Source of the DNA: Anaerolineae bacterium
GTDB lineage: Bacteria > Chloroflexota > Anaerolineae > Aggregatilineales > UBA3940
Length of the DNA: 64,000 nucleotides
Direction of reading: 5' to 3'
Assembly (NCBI GenBank): GCA_016928235.1
Contig: JAFGLD010000096.1
Coordinates: forward strand, 3,006-67,005
Position 1 is the stretch's first letter, and each line of letters starts with the position of its first letter. Below the pieces are notes generated by a model. That model searched no databases. It saw only the letters and a list, made by a program, of their open reading frames with translations, and was not told where the DNA came from. Shown here one piece after another: positions 26,826 to 36,859 of the stretch. Made by a program: the position numbers and the translations under genes.

Positions 26826-28607
26826 CTAAACTTCCGGAAGTCCTCCTGCTGTAGCAGCAGGCATTGGGCCAGTAGTATCTGGAATATCTACATTGAGTGC
26901 TTCTACTTCCTTGGGGCTAATCTGTACAATACCTCGTGAGGCGCCAAGAACAGAACTCAACTCTGTCAATGCAGATTGTAGGATCTCATCGATACTCTCT
27001 GCCTCTTGCACATCCTGAGCGATCCGGTTGACAACGTGCTCGCGCTCAGCAGCCAGGGTTGCCTGTTCGTAAAGACGCGCGTTTTCTACAGCCAGCCCCA
27101 GACGGTCAACCATCGTCTCAACCATCTCGATCTCCATGTCTGTCCAGGGGCGGCTACCTTCACGCTCTATCTCTAAAACGCCGACGACTTCGCCGCGAAT
27201 GCGTAACGGTATAGCAGCAATATGCGCCTGTTGATCCTGACGGATAACGACACTTCGCTCTCCACTAAAAGCCTGACGCATCGGAGCTGTCCAACTCGTA
27301 TCTGCTTGAACACGCTTACCCTGCAAAGTGTAGCCCATTGTACCTGGTGCGCGGTGCGAACGTAGATATTCCGTCCAGCCCTCGCGGGTCAACTGGCGAT
27401 TCAACACCTCGATCTGACGCAGGTTGGTCTGGGCATCTTCGAGAAGCGTCTGATGTTCTGCCGCACGTCTCTGCAATTCTGTTACCAGCCGGTTTCTTTC
27501 GATAAAGCCCGCCAACTGGTTAGCAATGACCTGGAGTGCATTAATATCTTCCGGGAAGAAGGAATTTTGCGCGACACTTTGGACATCCAGTGCTCCGATG
27601 ACATTTTCGCCGATCATGAGCGGTAAGGCTACCTCTGCGCGTGTATCCGGCAGTAGCTCGTTGGCATGGTATATGGAGCTGGTCTGGACATCATTGACAA
27701 TAACAGGTTGTCCATAATATGTTGCCTGCCCAACGATGGAGCGGGAGCCAACCATTAATGCATGTCCATTTGTCAAAAGCATCGCTCCAGCATGACCGGT
27801 ACTGGACTCAAGACGCGCCATACTGAGACGGGGGTTCTCACGACTACGCTGCTGATCAAGGAGAAAAACCTGAACATGGTAGAAACCGAAAACTTCACGA
27901 ACACGTTCGACAGCCATGCTCAACAAGCCTGAAACGCCGGTTGCTGTGGTAACAGCCTGATTGATCAGCGCGGCTGCTTCCAGCTGGCTGGCCTTACGCT
28001 GAGTGGTCTGCCCCCAGTCTAGCAACGCTCTGATCAAGAAAATGGTCACGCCATATAAAATTAGCAGAACCACTCCCGATATAACAGCTGAGCCAATTGA
28101 GGTCTCCGCATCAGCCCCGATCTGGATGTAAAGATAAGCGATTGCTGCTGTGCTTACCCCTGCAACCAGGGTAAAGAAGAAACCCCAGACTGCATCCAGC
28201 AGCATACAGGCGATCAAAATCGGAAGAGCAAAAGCCCCTATAGCCACATTGGAAAAGCCATAAGGAGAGCTGGCCCAGAATACCACCGCAATAAGAGCCA
28301 ATACAAATCCTATGCTGGCCCATCGTAGCGCGCCCGTATTCACCAACCAATACAAGCCTGCACACACCAAACCTAAAATGAAACCGATTGTAGCCGTCCG
28401 TTCGGGCGCGCCGGGCACAAACCACGTTGTAACAGCGCCCAACAAACTCAAAATACCAATAACGATGCATAGCCCTGCCAGCATCCTGGCCCGCTGGTAC
28501 ACCAGGGTATCTGCATAGGTATGATGAAAGTCAAACAACCTCTCAACAGGCCCTATGTGTGAACGAGGCGGTACAACAGGCTGTGGCAGTGGTGCTCTAC
28601 TAGACAT
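26826..28607 (-). CDS. output-less sensor: about 6 TM helices - GAF - GAF - truncated GAF stub
   Basis: 593 aa. GAF core FGFYHVQVFLLDQ...VGSRSIVGQAT...NELLPDTRAEVALPL...VIGALDVQS. The start overlaps the upstream stop (ATGTCTAG). Confidence 0.85.
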   Translation of the reverse strand: MSSRAPLPQPVVPPRSHIGPVERLFDFHHTYADTLVYQRARMLAGLCIVIGILSLLGAVTTWFVPGAPERTATIGFILGLVCAGLYWLVNTGALRWASIGFVLALIAVVFWASSPYGFSNVAIGAFALPILIACMLLDAVWGFFFTLVAGVSTAAIAYLYIQIGADAETSIGSAVISGVVLLILYGVTIFLIRALLDWGQTTQRKASQLEAAALINQAVTTATGVSGLLSMAVERVREVFGFYHVQVFLLDQQRSRENPRLSMARLESSTGHAGAMLLTNGHALMVGSRSIVGQATYYGQPVIVNDVQTSSIYHANELLPDTRAEVALPLMIGENVIGALDVQSVAQNSFFPEDINALQVIANQLAGFIERNRLVTELQRRAAEHQTLLEDAQTNLRQIEVLNRQLTREGWTEYLRSHRAPGTMGYTLQGKRVQADTSWTAPMRQAFSGERSVVIRQDQQAHIAAIPLRIRGEVVGVLEIEREGSRPWTDMEIEMVETMVDRLGLAVENARLYEQATLAAEREHVVNRIAQDVQEAESIDEILQSALTELSSVLGASRGIVQISPKEVEALNVDIPDTTGPMPAATAGGLPEV

Positions 28608-30867
28608 TGGTTATTCCTCCATCGCCGCCTCTGCCCAGGGAACCCGGCACATCGGAAACATCCTCTGCGTCGGCCCCCCCATCTGCAAAACCGGACGATA
28701 TCTGGCGACCATCCCGGGCCGGGAGCCCACCGATCCGCAATGATACACGATCAGAGCCAAGGGCTGCGCTAAGCTCGTTTAGCGCACTACGCAGCACAGT
28801 GTCGACGCTACTAGCACGTTGTAACAGGTTAGCGGAAACTTCATTAACGCGTTGTTCACGCTCCACACGTTGGGTTGATTCTTCAACCAGGCGAATACCC
28901 TCAGCAATGATACCCATACGAGCCGCAATAGATTCCAAGAGCAGCACTTCATCCCGTGTCCAGATTTCACCTGACGGGCGTGTGACAGCTAATGTTCCTA
29001 CGGTTTCACCGCGTGAGACCAGTGGCGCGGCCAATACAGAGCGTCCATCAGCATCAGTGTACACATCAGCCTTGATATCACGACTCTGGCGAGCCTCCTC
29101 CAGCACTTGAGGCCAGTGTTCTTCAGGATCAAGAGTACGTCGCAGCGCCCCTCCCTCCCCCATAAACTCTTCCCAGGCCTGTCGTGTAAGGCGCCGGTTC
29201 AACGCCTCAATCTCCGCCAGATTGGCAGCACTTTGCTCAAATAGACGGGCATTCTGTATAGCTGCGCTTAGCTGATCTGTAATCAGCCGTAAAACATTCA
29301 TGTCTTCGCGGCTGAAATCCCGCATACGATTAGAAATCAAGTGGACAGAACCCGCTGCCTCGCCGCCTATCTGAATGGGGAGGGTCATTTCCGAGTATTT
29401 GGCATTTGGGCCAGGCTCACGAATTTCCTCTTTACCGGCGCTAATCAGCGCTTCATTCAGCAATATTGAACGTCCTACCAGGGTCGCATCATCTATCTCA
29501 ACACGAAAGCCCGTTTGTAACAAACGCTCACTCTCCTCGCCTGCTGCCGCCTGCAACCGAGCACGCTTTCCTGACGAATCAACAAGGAAGATACGAACAT
29601 CCTGGTAATGGAAGTACCTGCTGAGCGAGAGAACTACCTCCTCCAGCATCTTATCGATTTCAAGTGTTATCATGGTAGTGTGCGACACTTGAAGCGCCGC
29701 GCGCAGTTGCTCTATCCGGTTCAGTAATCCGGCTATTGCATCACTTAGTATCTGAGATAATCGGCCAATCTCATCAGGAGGGAACTGTGGGAAAGGTGTG
29801 CTCAATTCCCCTTGTCTTATTTCCTCAACAACATCCACCAAACGACCCAAGGGCAACATCAGGGAACGCGCAAAGAAAAACATGAGCACCGCAACCAGGA
29901 TCGCGCCAATGACAGTCATCCAACGCAGCACCTCTGCCACTCGTGTAACGCCAGACAAAGATGTGTCAGCAGATTGACGTATTGCGAAAATCCAGGGCAA
30001 GTTACTAAGAGTGGGATCGCCACTTTCAATGTCTGCCATACTGATATGACTATAAAGCCAGTTATCTTTGGAAAGAAAAGCTCCTGATGGTAAGTTCCCA
30101 GTCAACTCTACCGGAATATCGACGCCGTCCATTCCACTCTGGGCAGACACAACTGTGCCATTCTGCTCGATGATCAGCATCTGCGTCCGATCCGTTGTTA
30201 CTGGCGGTTGCACATTCCACACAGCATAGATGACACCTATGGCAACCCTCGATGCTTCTGAGCTGTAAATAGGGACAGCAATATGTACACCTGTTTTTTC
30301 CGTGAATGGGTCATCCACATGCCCGGCAACATATGTTGCTCCCCTTCCATTATTCCAGGCATAGGTGTACCAATCCCAAAGCATCGCCGGCATTTCACGG
30401 CTATCGAAACCTTCCGGAAGCCCGCCAATCCCCATCGATAAGACATGCCCACTACTGTCGAGCACAACAATAGCCTCAAATTCCTTGTGGTCTTCCATAA
30501 AGCCAGTGATCACCGGATCAAGCGTCGGAGAAGATACCAATACTGGTCCCGTCGCAGCCTCTGAGTCGACATCCTGCCGTCGCCCTACTACGCGCTCAAT
30601 GCGTGCATCGGCACCCAATTGCTCTAGAACAAGGATATCGTGCTGCAAGGCCTTTATGACATAAAGAGCCTGGCTGTGGTTGACATCTTGCAAATCACCC
30701 AGAGCCAGGTCGATCTGGGCATTGCGCAATGCCTGTTGGACCACGAAATTGATGATCAACCCACCGATTAGCAAACCAAGCGCCAAACCAAGCACGAGCT
30801 TGAATGCAATAGGATACCCTCGTGGGTGCAAACGACTTGCCAGTGTACTCTCTTTCATAGCCATCAT
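28600..30867 (-). CDS. output-less sensor: TM - ~280-aa extracytoplasmic (Cache-like) domain - TM - HAMP - divergent GAF - GAF - truncated GAF stub
   Basis: 755 aa. The HAMP-like segment follows the second TM (MTVIGAILVAVLMFFFA). GAF cores YQDVRIFLVDS and RGETVGTLAV. The start overlaps the upstream stop by 1 nt (TGATG). Confidence 0.8.
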   Translation of the reverse strand: MMAMKESTLASRLHPRGYPIAFKLVLGLALGLLIGGLIINFVVQQALRNAQIDLALGDLQDVNHSQALYVIKALQHDILVLEQLGADARIERVVGRRQDVDSEAATGPVLVSSPTLDPVITGFMEDHKEFEAIVVLDSSGHVLSMGIGGLPEGFDSREMPAMLWDWYTYAWNNGRGATYVAGHVDDPFTEKTGVHIAVPIYSSEASRVAIGVIYAVWNVQPPVTTDRTQMLIIEQNGTVVSAQSGMDGVDIPVELTGNLPSGAFLSKDNWLYSHISMADIESGDPTLSNLPWIFAIRQSADTSLSGVTRVAEVLRWMTVIGAILVAVLMFFFARSLMLPLGRLVDVVEEIRQGELSTPFPQFPPDEIGRLSQILSDAIAGLLNRIEQLRAALQVSHTTMITLEIDKMLEEVVLSLSRYFHYQDVRIFLVDSSGKRARLQAAAGEESERLLQTGFRVEIDDATLVGRSILLNEALISAGKEEIREPGPNAKYSEMTLPIQIGGEAAGSVHLISNRMRDFSREDMNVLRLITDQLSAAIQNARLFEQSAANLAEIEALNRRLTRQAWEEFMGEGGALRRTLDPEEHWPQVLEEARQSRDIKADVYTDADGRSVLAAPLVSRGETVGTLAVTRPSGEIWTRDEVLLLESIAARMGIIAEGIRLVEESTQRVEREQRVNEVSANLLQRASSVDTVLRSALNELSAALGSDRVSLRIGGLPARDGRQISSGFADGGADAEDVSDVPGSLGRGGDGGITNV

Positions 30868-32726
30868 CAGGCTCTCACTTCCTCAGACTTGCCAGATATC
30901 GGCCTCTCATCCGTAGGACCCTTTTCTTCTCTGGCTGTCTCAGCATCTTTGTTGCTATCGGATACATTTTTACCGCTTTGTGAAATGGGGTGATCCATGC
31001 TGATCTCTGCATACACATTATCGGTGCCCAGTGCTTGCGACAGTTCCCTGGTAGCACTTTCCAGCAATAACGCCAGGCTGGGGGCACGCTGTAATCGCGA
31101 GGCAATGGTATTGATCAGATATTCTCGGTTAGCAGCACGTTGAGCCTGCAGATAGAGACGAGCATTTTCGACTGCCAGCGCCGCTCTTTCTGCTATCCCC
31201 TGGATCAGAAGCAAGTCATCCTGAGACCATTCCCGTGTATCGTCCGGCTCGACGCCGATCACACCAACTACTTCATTGCGTACGACAATCGGAGCTGCCA
31301 GGAATGCCTTCCTTCCATCGGCTCCAGAAGAGACAATAACCGAGCCGGAGCCAAGCACACGCTCGACGACACGGCTGCGGTGTATTTCCATTGCCTTCGA
31401 TTCCACCCCATGGACCTGCCGACGCTCTTCCTGCCGAGTCTCCGACAGGAAATCAATCCAGGACCGATGTGTTGTCGTACGGCTGAGCTCGCTTAGCTCG
31501 CGCAGGTTCTCTTCGGCCATCTCAAATAACTGTGCATTCTTGATCGCAACAGCAAGCTGATCGGCCAGGGCCCGAAATGTGGGGAACATCTCCTCTTCGA
31601 AGGCATCCGGCTCGACACTTTGCAGATCAAGAGCGCCAATGACCTGGTTGCCAACGATCAGGGGAATTGCCATCTCGGAGCGAGTCAGCGGCAACAATTC
31701 GTTGCGACGATGTATAAAGTCCGTGTCTGTATCCCTGGCAATTACAGGTCTGCTACTGGCTGTTACCTGCCCGATGACACTCAAACTACCCACCGGGAGA
31801 CGATGTCCACGAGCCAACAGAGCTTTCCCGACGTCGCCGGTACTCTGTCGCAAGACCGCATATGACTCTTCCGCGTCGACCAGAAAAACTTGAACATGAT
31901 AATATCCAAACGTCTCACGAATGAGACGCACAATATCTTCCATAAGCTGGTCAAGGTTGCGTGCCCCGGCCACGGTACGAGCTACCGATGTCGTTGCCTG
32001 AAGCTGGCGTGTCTGTGTTTGAAGGCGAGCCTCCATCTCGTGGCGCTGTTCGACAATCGCCAAATTCAATTTAGAACTTTCCTGAAATGCCTGTCGCATA
32101 GTACGCGAGAACAGCCAGGAAATGACTGCCACAAAGAATAGATTGACATAAACCAGGAGTGTCTGTGATGATGCGCCGCCAGCAAAAATGGTGTGTGTGT
32201 ACTCAGGCTCAATCCGAAGATTGAGGACAAAGTAGGCAGTTCCGGCCAGAATAGCCACCACTACAGCCGAGAAAGGCGGACCAAAGAAACCCGCAACAAT
32301 AACAGGGACTGTAATCGAGAGAGCTGTTGCCGTCATCGGCCCGGTTTGTTCAACCAATGCAATGGAAAGGCTCAGGAGCGCCACCGACAATAGCATACCG
32401 GCGGCAGTGGTCAGTCCTCGTCGGTTAAGGATATAGAGGAATACCCACACAACAGTCAATACAATGCCATAAGAGATCGTTATACCAGAAATACGTACTG
32501 CCAGATCGATCGAGTTGACATTATGCGCCACAATTGCCGCAATCAACGTCAACAACTCGGTAAGAATCAGAACGACAGCCAACAAACGTCCCTGGCGTGC
32601 CTGACCCGATGCAGGGGACTGAGATCGCAGCAACCAATCGATTGCATTTTTCCAGAAAGATGGGTTAGGAGAGGTTTTGTTATCAGTCATAGGTTCCCTG
32701 TGAAGGTCATCCCTTGAATGTGTCAT
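30867..32726 (-). CDS. output-less sensor: about 6-7 TM helices - GAF - GAF - truncated GAF stub
   Basis: 619 aa. GAF core FGYYHVQVFLVDA...VGSLSVIGQVT...HRRNELLPLTRSEMAIPL...VIGALDLQS. The start may instead be the ATG at 32690. Confidence 0.85.
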   Translation of the reverse strand: MTHSRDDLHREPMTDNKTSPNPSFWKNAIDWLLRSQSPASGQARQGRLLAVVLILTELLTLIAAIVAHNVNSIDLAVRISGITISYGIVLTVVWVFLYILNRRGLTTAAGMLLSVALLSLSIALVEQTGPMTATALSITVPVIVAGFFGPPFSAVVVAILAGTAYFVLNLRIEPEYTHTIFAGGASSQTLLVYVNLFFVAVISWLFSRTMRQAFQESSKLNLAIVEQRHEMEARLQTQTRQLQATTSVARTVAGARNLDQLMEDIVRLIRETFGYYHVQVFLVDAEESYAVLRQSTGDVGKALLARGHRLPVGSLSVIGQVTASSRPVIARDTDTDFIHRRNELLPLTRSEMAIPLIVGNQVIGALDLQSVEPDAFEEEMFPTFRALADQLAVAIKNAQLFEMAEENLRELSELSRTTTHRSWIDFLSETRQEERRQVHGVESKAMEIHRSRVVERVLGSGSVIVSSGADGRKAFLAAPIVVRNEVVGVIGVEPDDTREWSQDDLLLIQGIAERAALAVENARLYLQAQRAANREYLINTIASRLQRAPSLALLLESATRELSQALGTDNVYAEISMDHPISQSGKNVSDSNKDAETAREEKGPTDERPISGKSEEVRA

Positions 32727-32989
32727 TCAAGAGCCCGCAAAAAAATTCTTATTATGCCACCGAGACGAGCCTGCATTCAACGATAATCTTTACCCTGGTT
32801 CATGATGTTAATCCCCCTGTTAGGGCATGAACGGGCAGTGATGAGATTGTGTTGTTTGTATTTTGCTCAAAAAGCGCACTTTCTCTAACAAGCATACACC
32901 AGTTTTAATACCTGTTGAATCGCGGGCCTTTTGCCACCATTTCCACATAAGCAAACGTGCTGTGAACAGAGCCACGCCTTCTAAATGGG

Positions 32990-34648
32990 TTACTTTTCGT
33001 CTTTCTTCTTTTCCGTGTCGTACTCCATAACCAGATGAACAAAACTCGTCGGCGTTTCCAGCGCATGGCTAGCCGTTCTGGCAACAATACGAAGAAGCGT
33101 GTTCAAGTCAGTGGTAGACTGAAGCTCCGCAGAGAGGCGGCTCATCACCTCCTCACGCTCGGCATGATGCTGAGCTTGCTCACCCAGGCGTGTGCTGTCC
33201 AGCGCCATCGCGACACGCTCCGCTACCGCTTCAAGCATGTTCTTAGTTTCTTCATCGGGCTCACGGTCACCCCGCGGTGTCAGATCCAACATCCCGATCG
33301 TCTCACCTCGAACCGTTAAGGGGAGCGTCACTGTCCCGCCACCAGGCTGTCCGCCCTCGGAACCCTCAGAGGCTTCGATTTGCGGTTTGGCCTCACCCAC
33401 ATCATCGACTTTGAGCGGCCTGACCCCTTGCTGACTGGCTTCATAACCCAGAGGCGATTCGCCGGGACGGTCTGATAGAAATTTACGCCATGATTGCCCG
33501 GTAAGCTGCCGATTCAGGGACTCGATATCTTGCAGGTCGCGCTGGGCACGCTCAAACAAATGCACATTCTCAATTGCAATAGCGATCTGATCTGCCATGG
33601 CCTGGAAACCGGAGATATCCGATGCCGCAAAAGCTTCGACGCTGGTGCTGTGAATATCGACCACACCAATTACCTGATTTTCCACTCGCAGCGGCAAGGC
33701 TATCTCAGAGCGGGTACCGGACAGCAAATCGTTGTGTTGATACGCCGGATAAACACTGGTATTGGGGATGATAACTGTCTCGCCGCTTTGGATAACCTGA
33801 CCAATCACTGATTGGGATTTGATGGGTATCTGGTATAAGCGCGAGACCAGTTCCTGCCCTATTGAGCCTGTGCCGGCCTTAATGACCGCGCTCCTCTTTC
33901 CTTCATCGATCAGAAGGATTTGTGCATAGTAAACATCGAATCGCTCAGAGATCAGATCGACAGCTTGTTTGAGCAAATGATCCAGGTTGCGAGTGCCTGT
34001 AATCGTACGCCCAATCTCGGCCACAGCCATGATTTTTCGAGCATCACCATCTGGAGCTTGATCCGTCTGATGCAAATCAGATATTTGCTGCTGGATCAAT
34101 CGCAAATCACGTTCCCTCAAAAGCGATGTTCCTACCGCCATGGCAGACACAATAACCGTGATCAGGAGTGAGAAATAGTACTGTCCTATGTTGGATTGTG
34201 GAATGAGCACAAGACCAAGCCCGACTCCCAAATTGGCGATCACAACGGACACGATTGTTGTTCGCGCGGGTAAAAGGAGCATGGCAAACAAGATCGGGAC
34301 CAAGACAAAAAGCGAAGCCTGAGATAGATTAACATGGTCGCGAAGGATATACAGATTGGCCAGCACCAGAGCCAGTTCCCCAAACACCAGTAAACCGGCT
34401 CCCAGTTTTGCCTGGCGTATACGACTTAACAGGTAGACAAGTAGGAAGAGAATGGGATGTGGTAAGGCTAAAACAGCCAGCGAGGTGAAGGCCAAACCAA
34501 TGGCAACCAACACACTTACAAGAAACAACACCAGTGACAATCGGGATAACAGGCGTGCCCGCTGTCTTTGTATGGGTTCCGTTACACTGGAATGTGGCTC
34601 TGTTAGCCGTTGCCACAGGGTTTGAGTGGTAAATTCTTGCATGCTCAT
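32990..34648 (-). CDS. output-less sensor: about 6 TM helices - GAF - GAF - truncated GAF stub
   Basis: 552 aa. GAF core FDVYYAQILLIDE...KSQSVIGQVI...HNDLLSGTRSEIALPL...VIGVVDIHS. Confidence 0.85.
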   Translation of the reverse strand: MSMQEFTTQTLWQRLTEPHSSVTEPIQRQRARLLSRLSLVLFLVSVLVAIGLAFTSLAVLALPHPILFLLVYLLSRIRQAKLGAGLLVFGELALVLANLYILRDHVNLSQASLFVLVPILFAMLLLPARTTIVSVVIANLGVGLGLVLIPQSNIGQYYFSLLITVIVSAMAVGTSLLRERDLRLIQQQISDLHQTDQAPDGDARKIMAVAEIGRTITGTRNLDHLLKQAVDLISERFDVYYAQILLIDEGKRSAVIKAGTGSIGQELVSRLYQIPIKSQSVIGQVIQSGETVIIPNTSVYPAYQHNDLLSGTRSEIALPLRVENQVIGVVDIHSTSVEAFAASDISGFQAMADQIAIAIENVHLFERAQRDLQDIESLNRQLTGQSWRKFLSDRPGESPLGYEASQQGVRPLKVDDVGEAKPQIEASEGSEGGQPGGGTVTLPLTVRGETIGMLDLTPRGDREPDEETKNMLEAVAERVAMALDSTRLGEQAQHHAEREEVMSRLSAELQSTTDLNTLLRIVARTASHALETPTSFVHLVMEYDTEKKKDEK

Positions 34649-34682
34649 ATTGTCAATCCCTGGTGAATCTTGTTATGACATC

Positions 34683-36698
34683 TCATAGCTCGCTCGTATC
34701 CTTGCCGGCCGATGATAAGCTACCAGCATCTCCTGATGCCGACTTATCGGAGGGAAATAAGCGAACTTTGATATCATACTCGTCCAATGCCGAGATCAGA
34801 GTACGTACCGTTGTCTCCAACACGTCATTGATATCTGTTGCTCGCTGGAGCTGTGCCGTCATATTGCTGACTATCTGTTCACGTGCCGCCGACTTTTTGA
34901 TTTGCTCCAGCAATTTTAGATTCTCAGAAGCACTTGAGACCTGTACGGCAACATTCTCGAACAGTTCTCGCTGTTCACGCGTCAGATCAGGATACAGATC
35001 GGCCTTGAGACCTTTTTCCGCCAGTTGATCACGGGAGAGCCCCAACACAGCGGCCAACTCGGCAATTGCCACATTGTTAATCTCATCGGTTGTCTCCGCA
35101 CTGTGAAGGCGATTAGAAATATTGAGCAAAATCTGCTCATAACCAACCACCTGCTGAGTACGGGCCAACAACAGTTGGGCATTGAGCCCTAGAGCCGTCT
35201 GATCGGCCAGACTGCGACATAGACGTGCCTGATCGCCCGAGAAAGTTTGTCCCTGCCTGCCCTCGAAGAGAATAGTCCCTAACCAGGTAGCACTAGAGCT
35301 AAGTGGAATCAGCATTAAGGCATGTACATTTTCACGGACATAAATAGTTCGCAGATCGACACTCAAGCGCGGATCGGTTTGAAGATCGTTGAATACGAGG
35401 TTGGATCGAGATTGGGGAAATTGCATCAGTATGGGTATCTGAGATGGCAAATAACGTATCGGCGGCGATTGGATTATCAATTGGCCATGTTGCCATACTG
35501 CAGTAGTCTCGATGTATTCCATGTCCCTAAGCGGATCAGGGCCTATAAGATAAATGGTGATGTGCTCGGATCCGCTTACATCTGCCATCTTCTCAAGAAC
35601 AGTTGCATAAATCTCGTCCACGTGTTGGGCAGCGCTGATTGCCAATGAGACGCTATAGAGCATCGTGGTTTCATCAAGAGACGATTCTAAATGCTTGATG
35701 GTACGCATGGCTTGCAGTGCCGCTGCCATTTGCACCGCTGCCTGTTCACAGATAGGGATATCATCTGGTAAAAGGGTGATATCGGTATGCCCTCCCACAT
35801 TCAACGTCCCTAAAATCTGGTCTCCAACGACCAGCGGTGCCACAATTAGCTTATATACGTCAATCGACTGCCAAAGTGAGCTATCAGCCCAACCGCCTAG
35901 TTCTTCGAAAAGGATTGCTGCGTCACGTGATATCGCCTGTTTGATCCGCGAGCCCGCTAATGGTATACGAGCAGGCATTTGTTCACCCTTGATGAGTATC
36001 AACTCGGCATCCGGGTGATCAGAGGTAATCAATGCTATGCTGATGTGGCTAGCTGGAAGAAACTCGTTTAGCCTGGTAGCTACTATTTCTCCCAGATTCT
36101 CGAAGTCAGATACATCCGACAGATCATGTGCCAGGTCGGCGGCTAAGGTAGCCTGTGCAGTTCGCCGATTGAGAATGTTGTCCAGTTCTCGATTTTCTAA
36201 AACAGTCCCAATATGGCAAGCCAGTATTTCCAGATGGCGTATCTGATCAATGTTATATTGATGCGGCTTATGCATGCCAAGTACCAGATAGCCCGTAATA
36301 TGCTGACGCCTGTTTAATGGAAGAATGATCAGGCTGGCGGCCTGAAGCACACTTTCCGCATAAGGCTTGACTGATAAGAGGGAATTATCAATCTGATCGA
36401 TGTCAGATATCACAACCGGGTGATCATCAACCAGCCGCCTGATGGTATCAGGCAGAGGTTCAGCATGTGTCAACCCATCACGATCCCAGTCTACGATAAC
36501 TCTAGCAGTAATCAAACCATCTTGACTGATGTTTTCCCCGATCAAGATGATGCAGTCAGCATCCGGCATGACATGCTGGCGGATAATTGCTACGATCTCT
36601 TCTGGGCTGTTGATGCTGGTAATAGCACGCATCGCCTGAAAGATCGATGCACAACGATCTAATAGAGCATCTTCGGAGGTAGAGATAGTACCACTCAT
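34683..36698 (-). CDS. soluble multi-GAF protein (3-4 divergent GAF domains) ending in the same truncated GAF stub
   Basis: 671 aa with no TM segment. GAF-like cores ITGYLVLGMHKP, ILGTLNVGGH and WLGTILFEGRQG. The C-terminal stub is shared with the five downstream paralogues. Confidence 0.75.
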   Translation of the reverse strand: MSGTISTSEDALLDRCASIFQAMRAITSINSPEEIVAIIRQHVMPDADCIILIGENISQDGLITARVIVDWDRDGLTHAEPLPDTIRRLVDDHPVVISDIDQIDNSLLSVKPYAESVLQAASLIILPLNRRQHITGYLVLGMHKPHQYNIDQIRHLEILACHIGTVLENRELDNILNRRTAQATLAADLAHDLSDVSDFENLGEIVATRLNEFLPASHISIALITSDHPDAELILIKGEQMPARIPLAGSRIKQAISRDAAILFEELGGWADSSLWQSIDVYKLIVAPLVVGDQILGTLNVGGHTDITLLPDDIPICEQAAVQMAAALQAMRTIKHLESSLDETTMLYSVSLAISAAQHVDEIYATVLEKMADVSGSEHITIYLIGPDPLRDMEYIETTAVWQHGQLIIQSPPIRYLPSQIPILMQFPQSRSNLVFNDLQTDPRLSVDLRTIYVRENVHALMLIPLSSSATWLGTILFEGRQGQTFSGDQARLCRSLADQTALGLNAQLLLARTQQVVGYEQILLNISNRLHSAETTDEINNVAIAELAAVLGLSRDQLAEKGLKADLYPDLTREQRELFENVAVQVSSASENLKLLEQIKKSAAREQIVSNMTAQLQRATDINDVLETTVRTLISALDEYDIKVRLFPSDKSASGDAGSLSSAGKDTSEL

Positions 36699-36859
36699 AA
36701 TTCCTCCAAAACAGGCGTCTTACAGCCCATATAATGGCGGTAATCTCCTGTCATAACAGGCACACATGATTATAGTCAAAACGGGCATTCGTGCTTGAAT
36801 GTTGCACAATGCTCGGCAAGCTGGTCGGGGGCAAGACTGTTGGTAGACCCGATTCAAAG

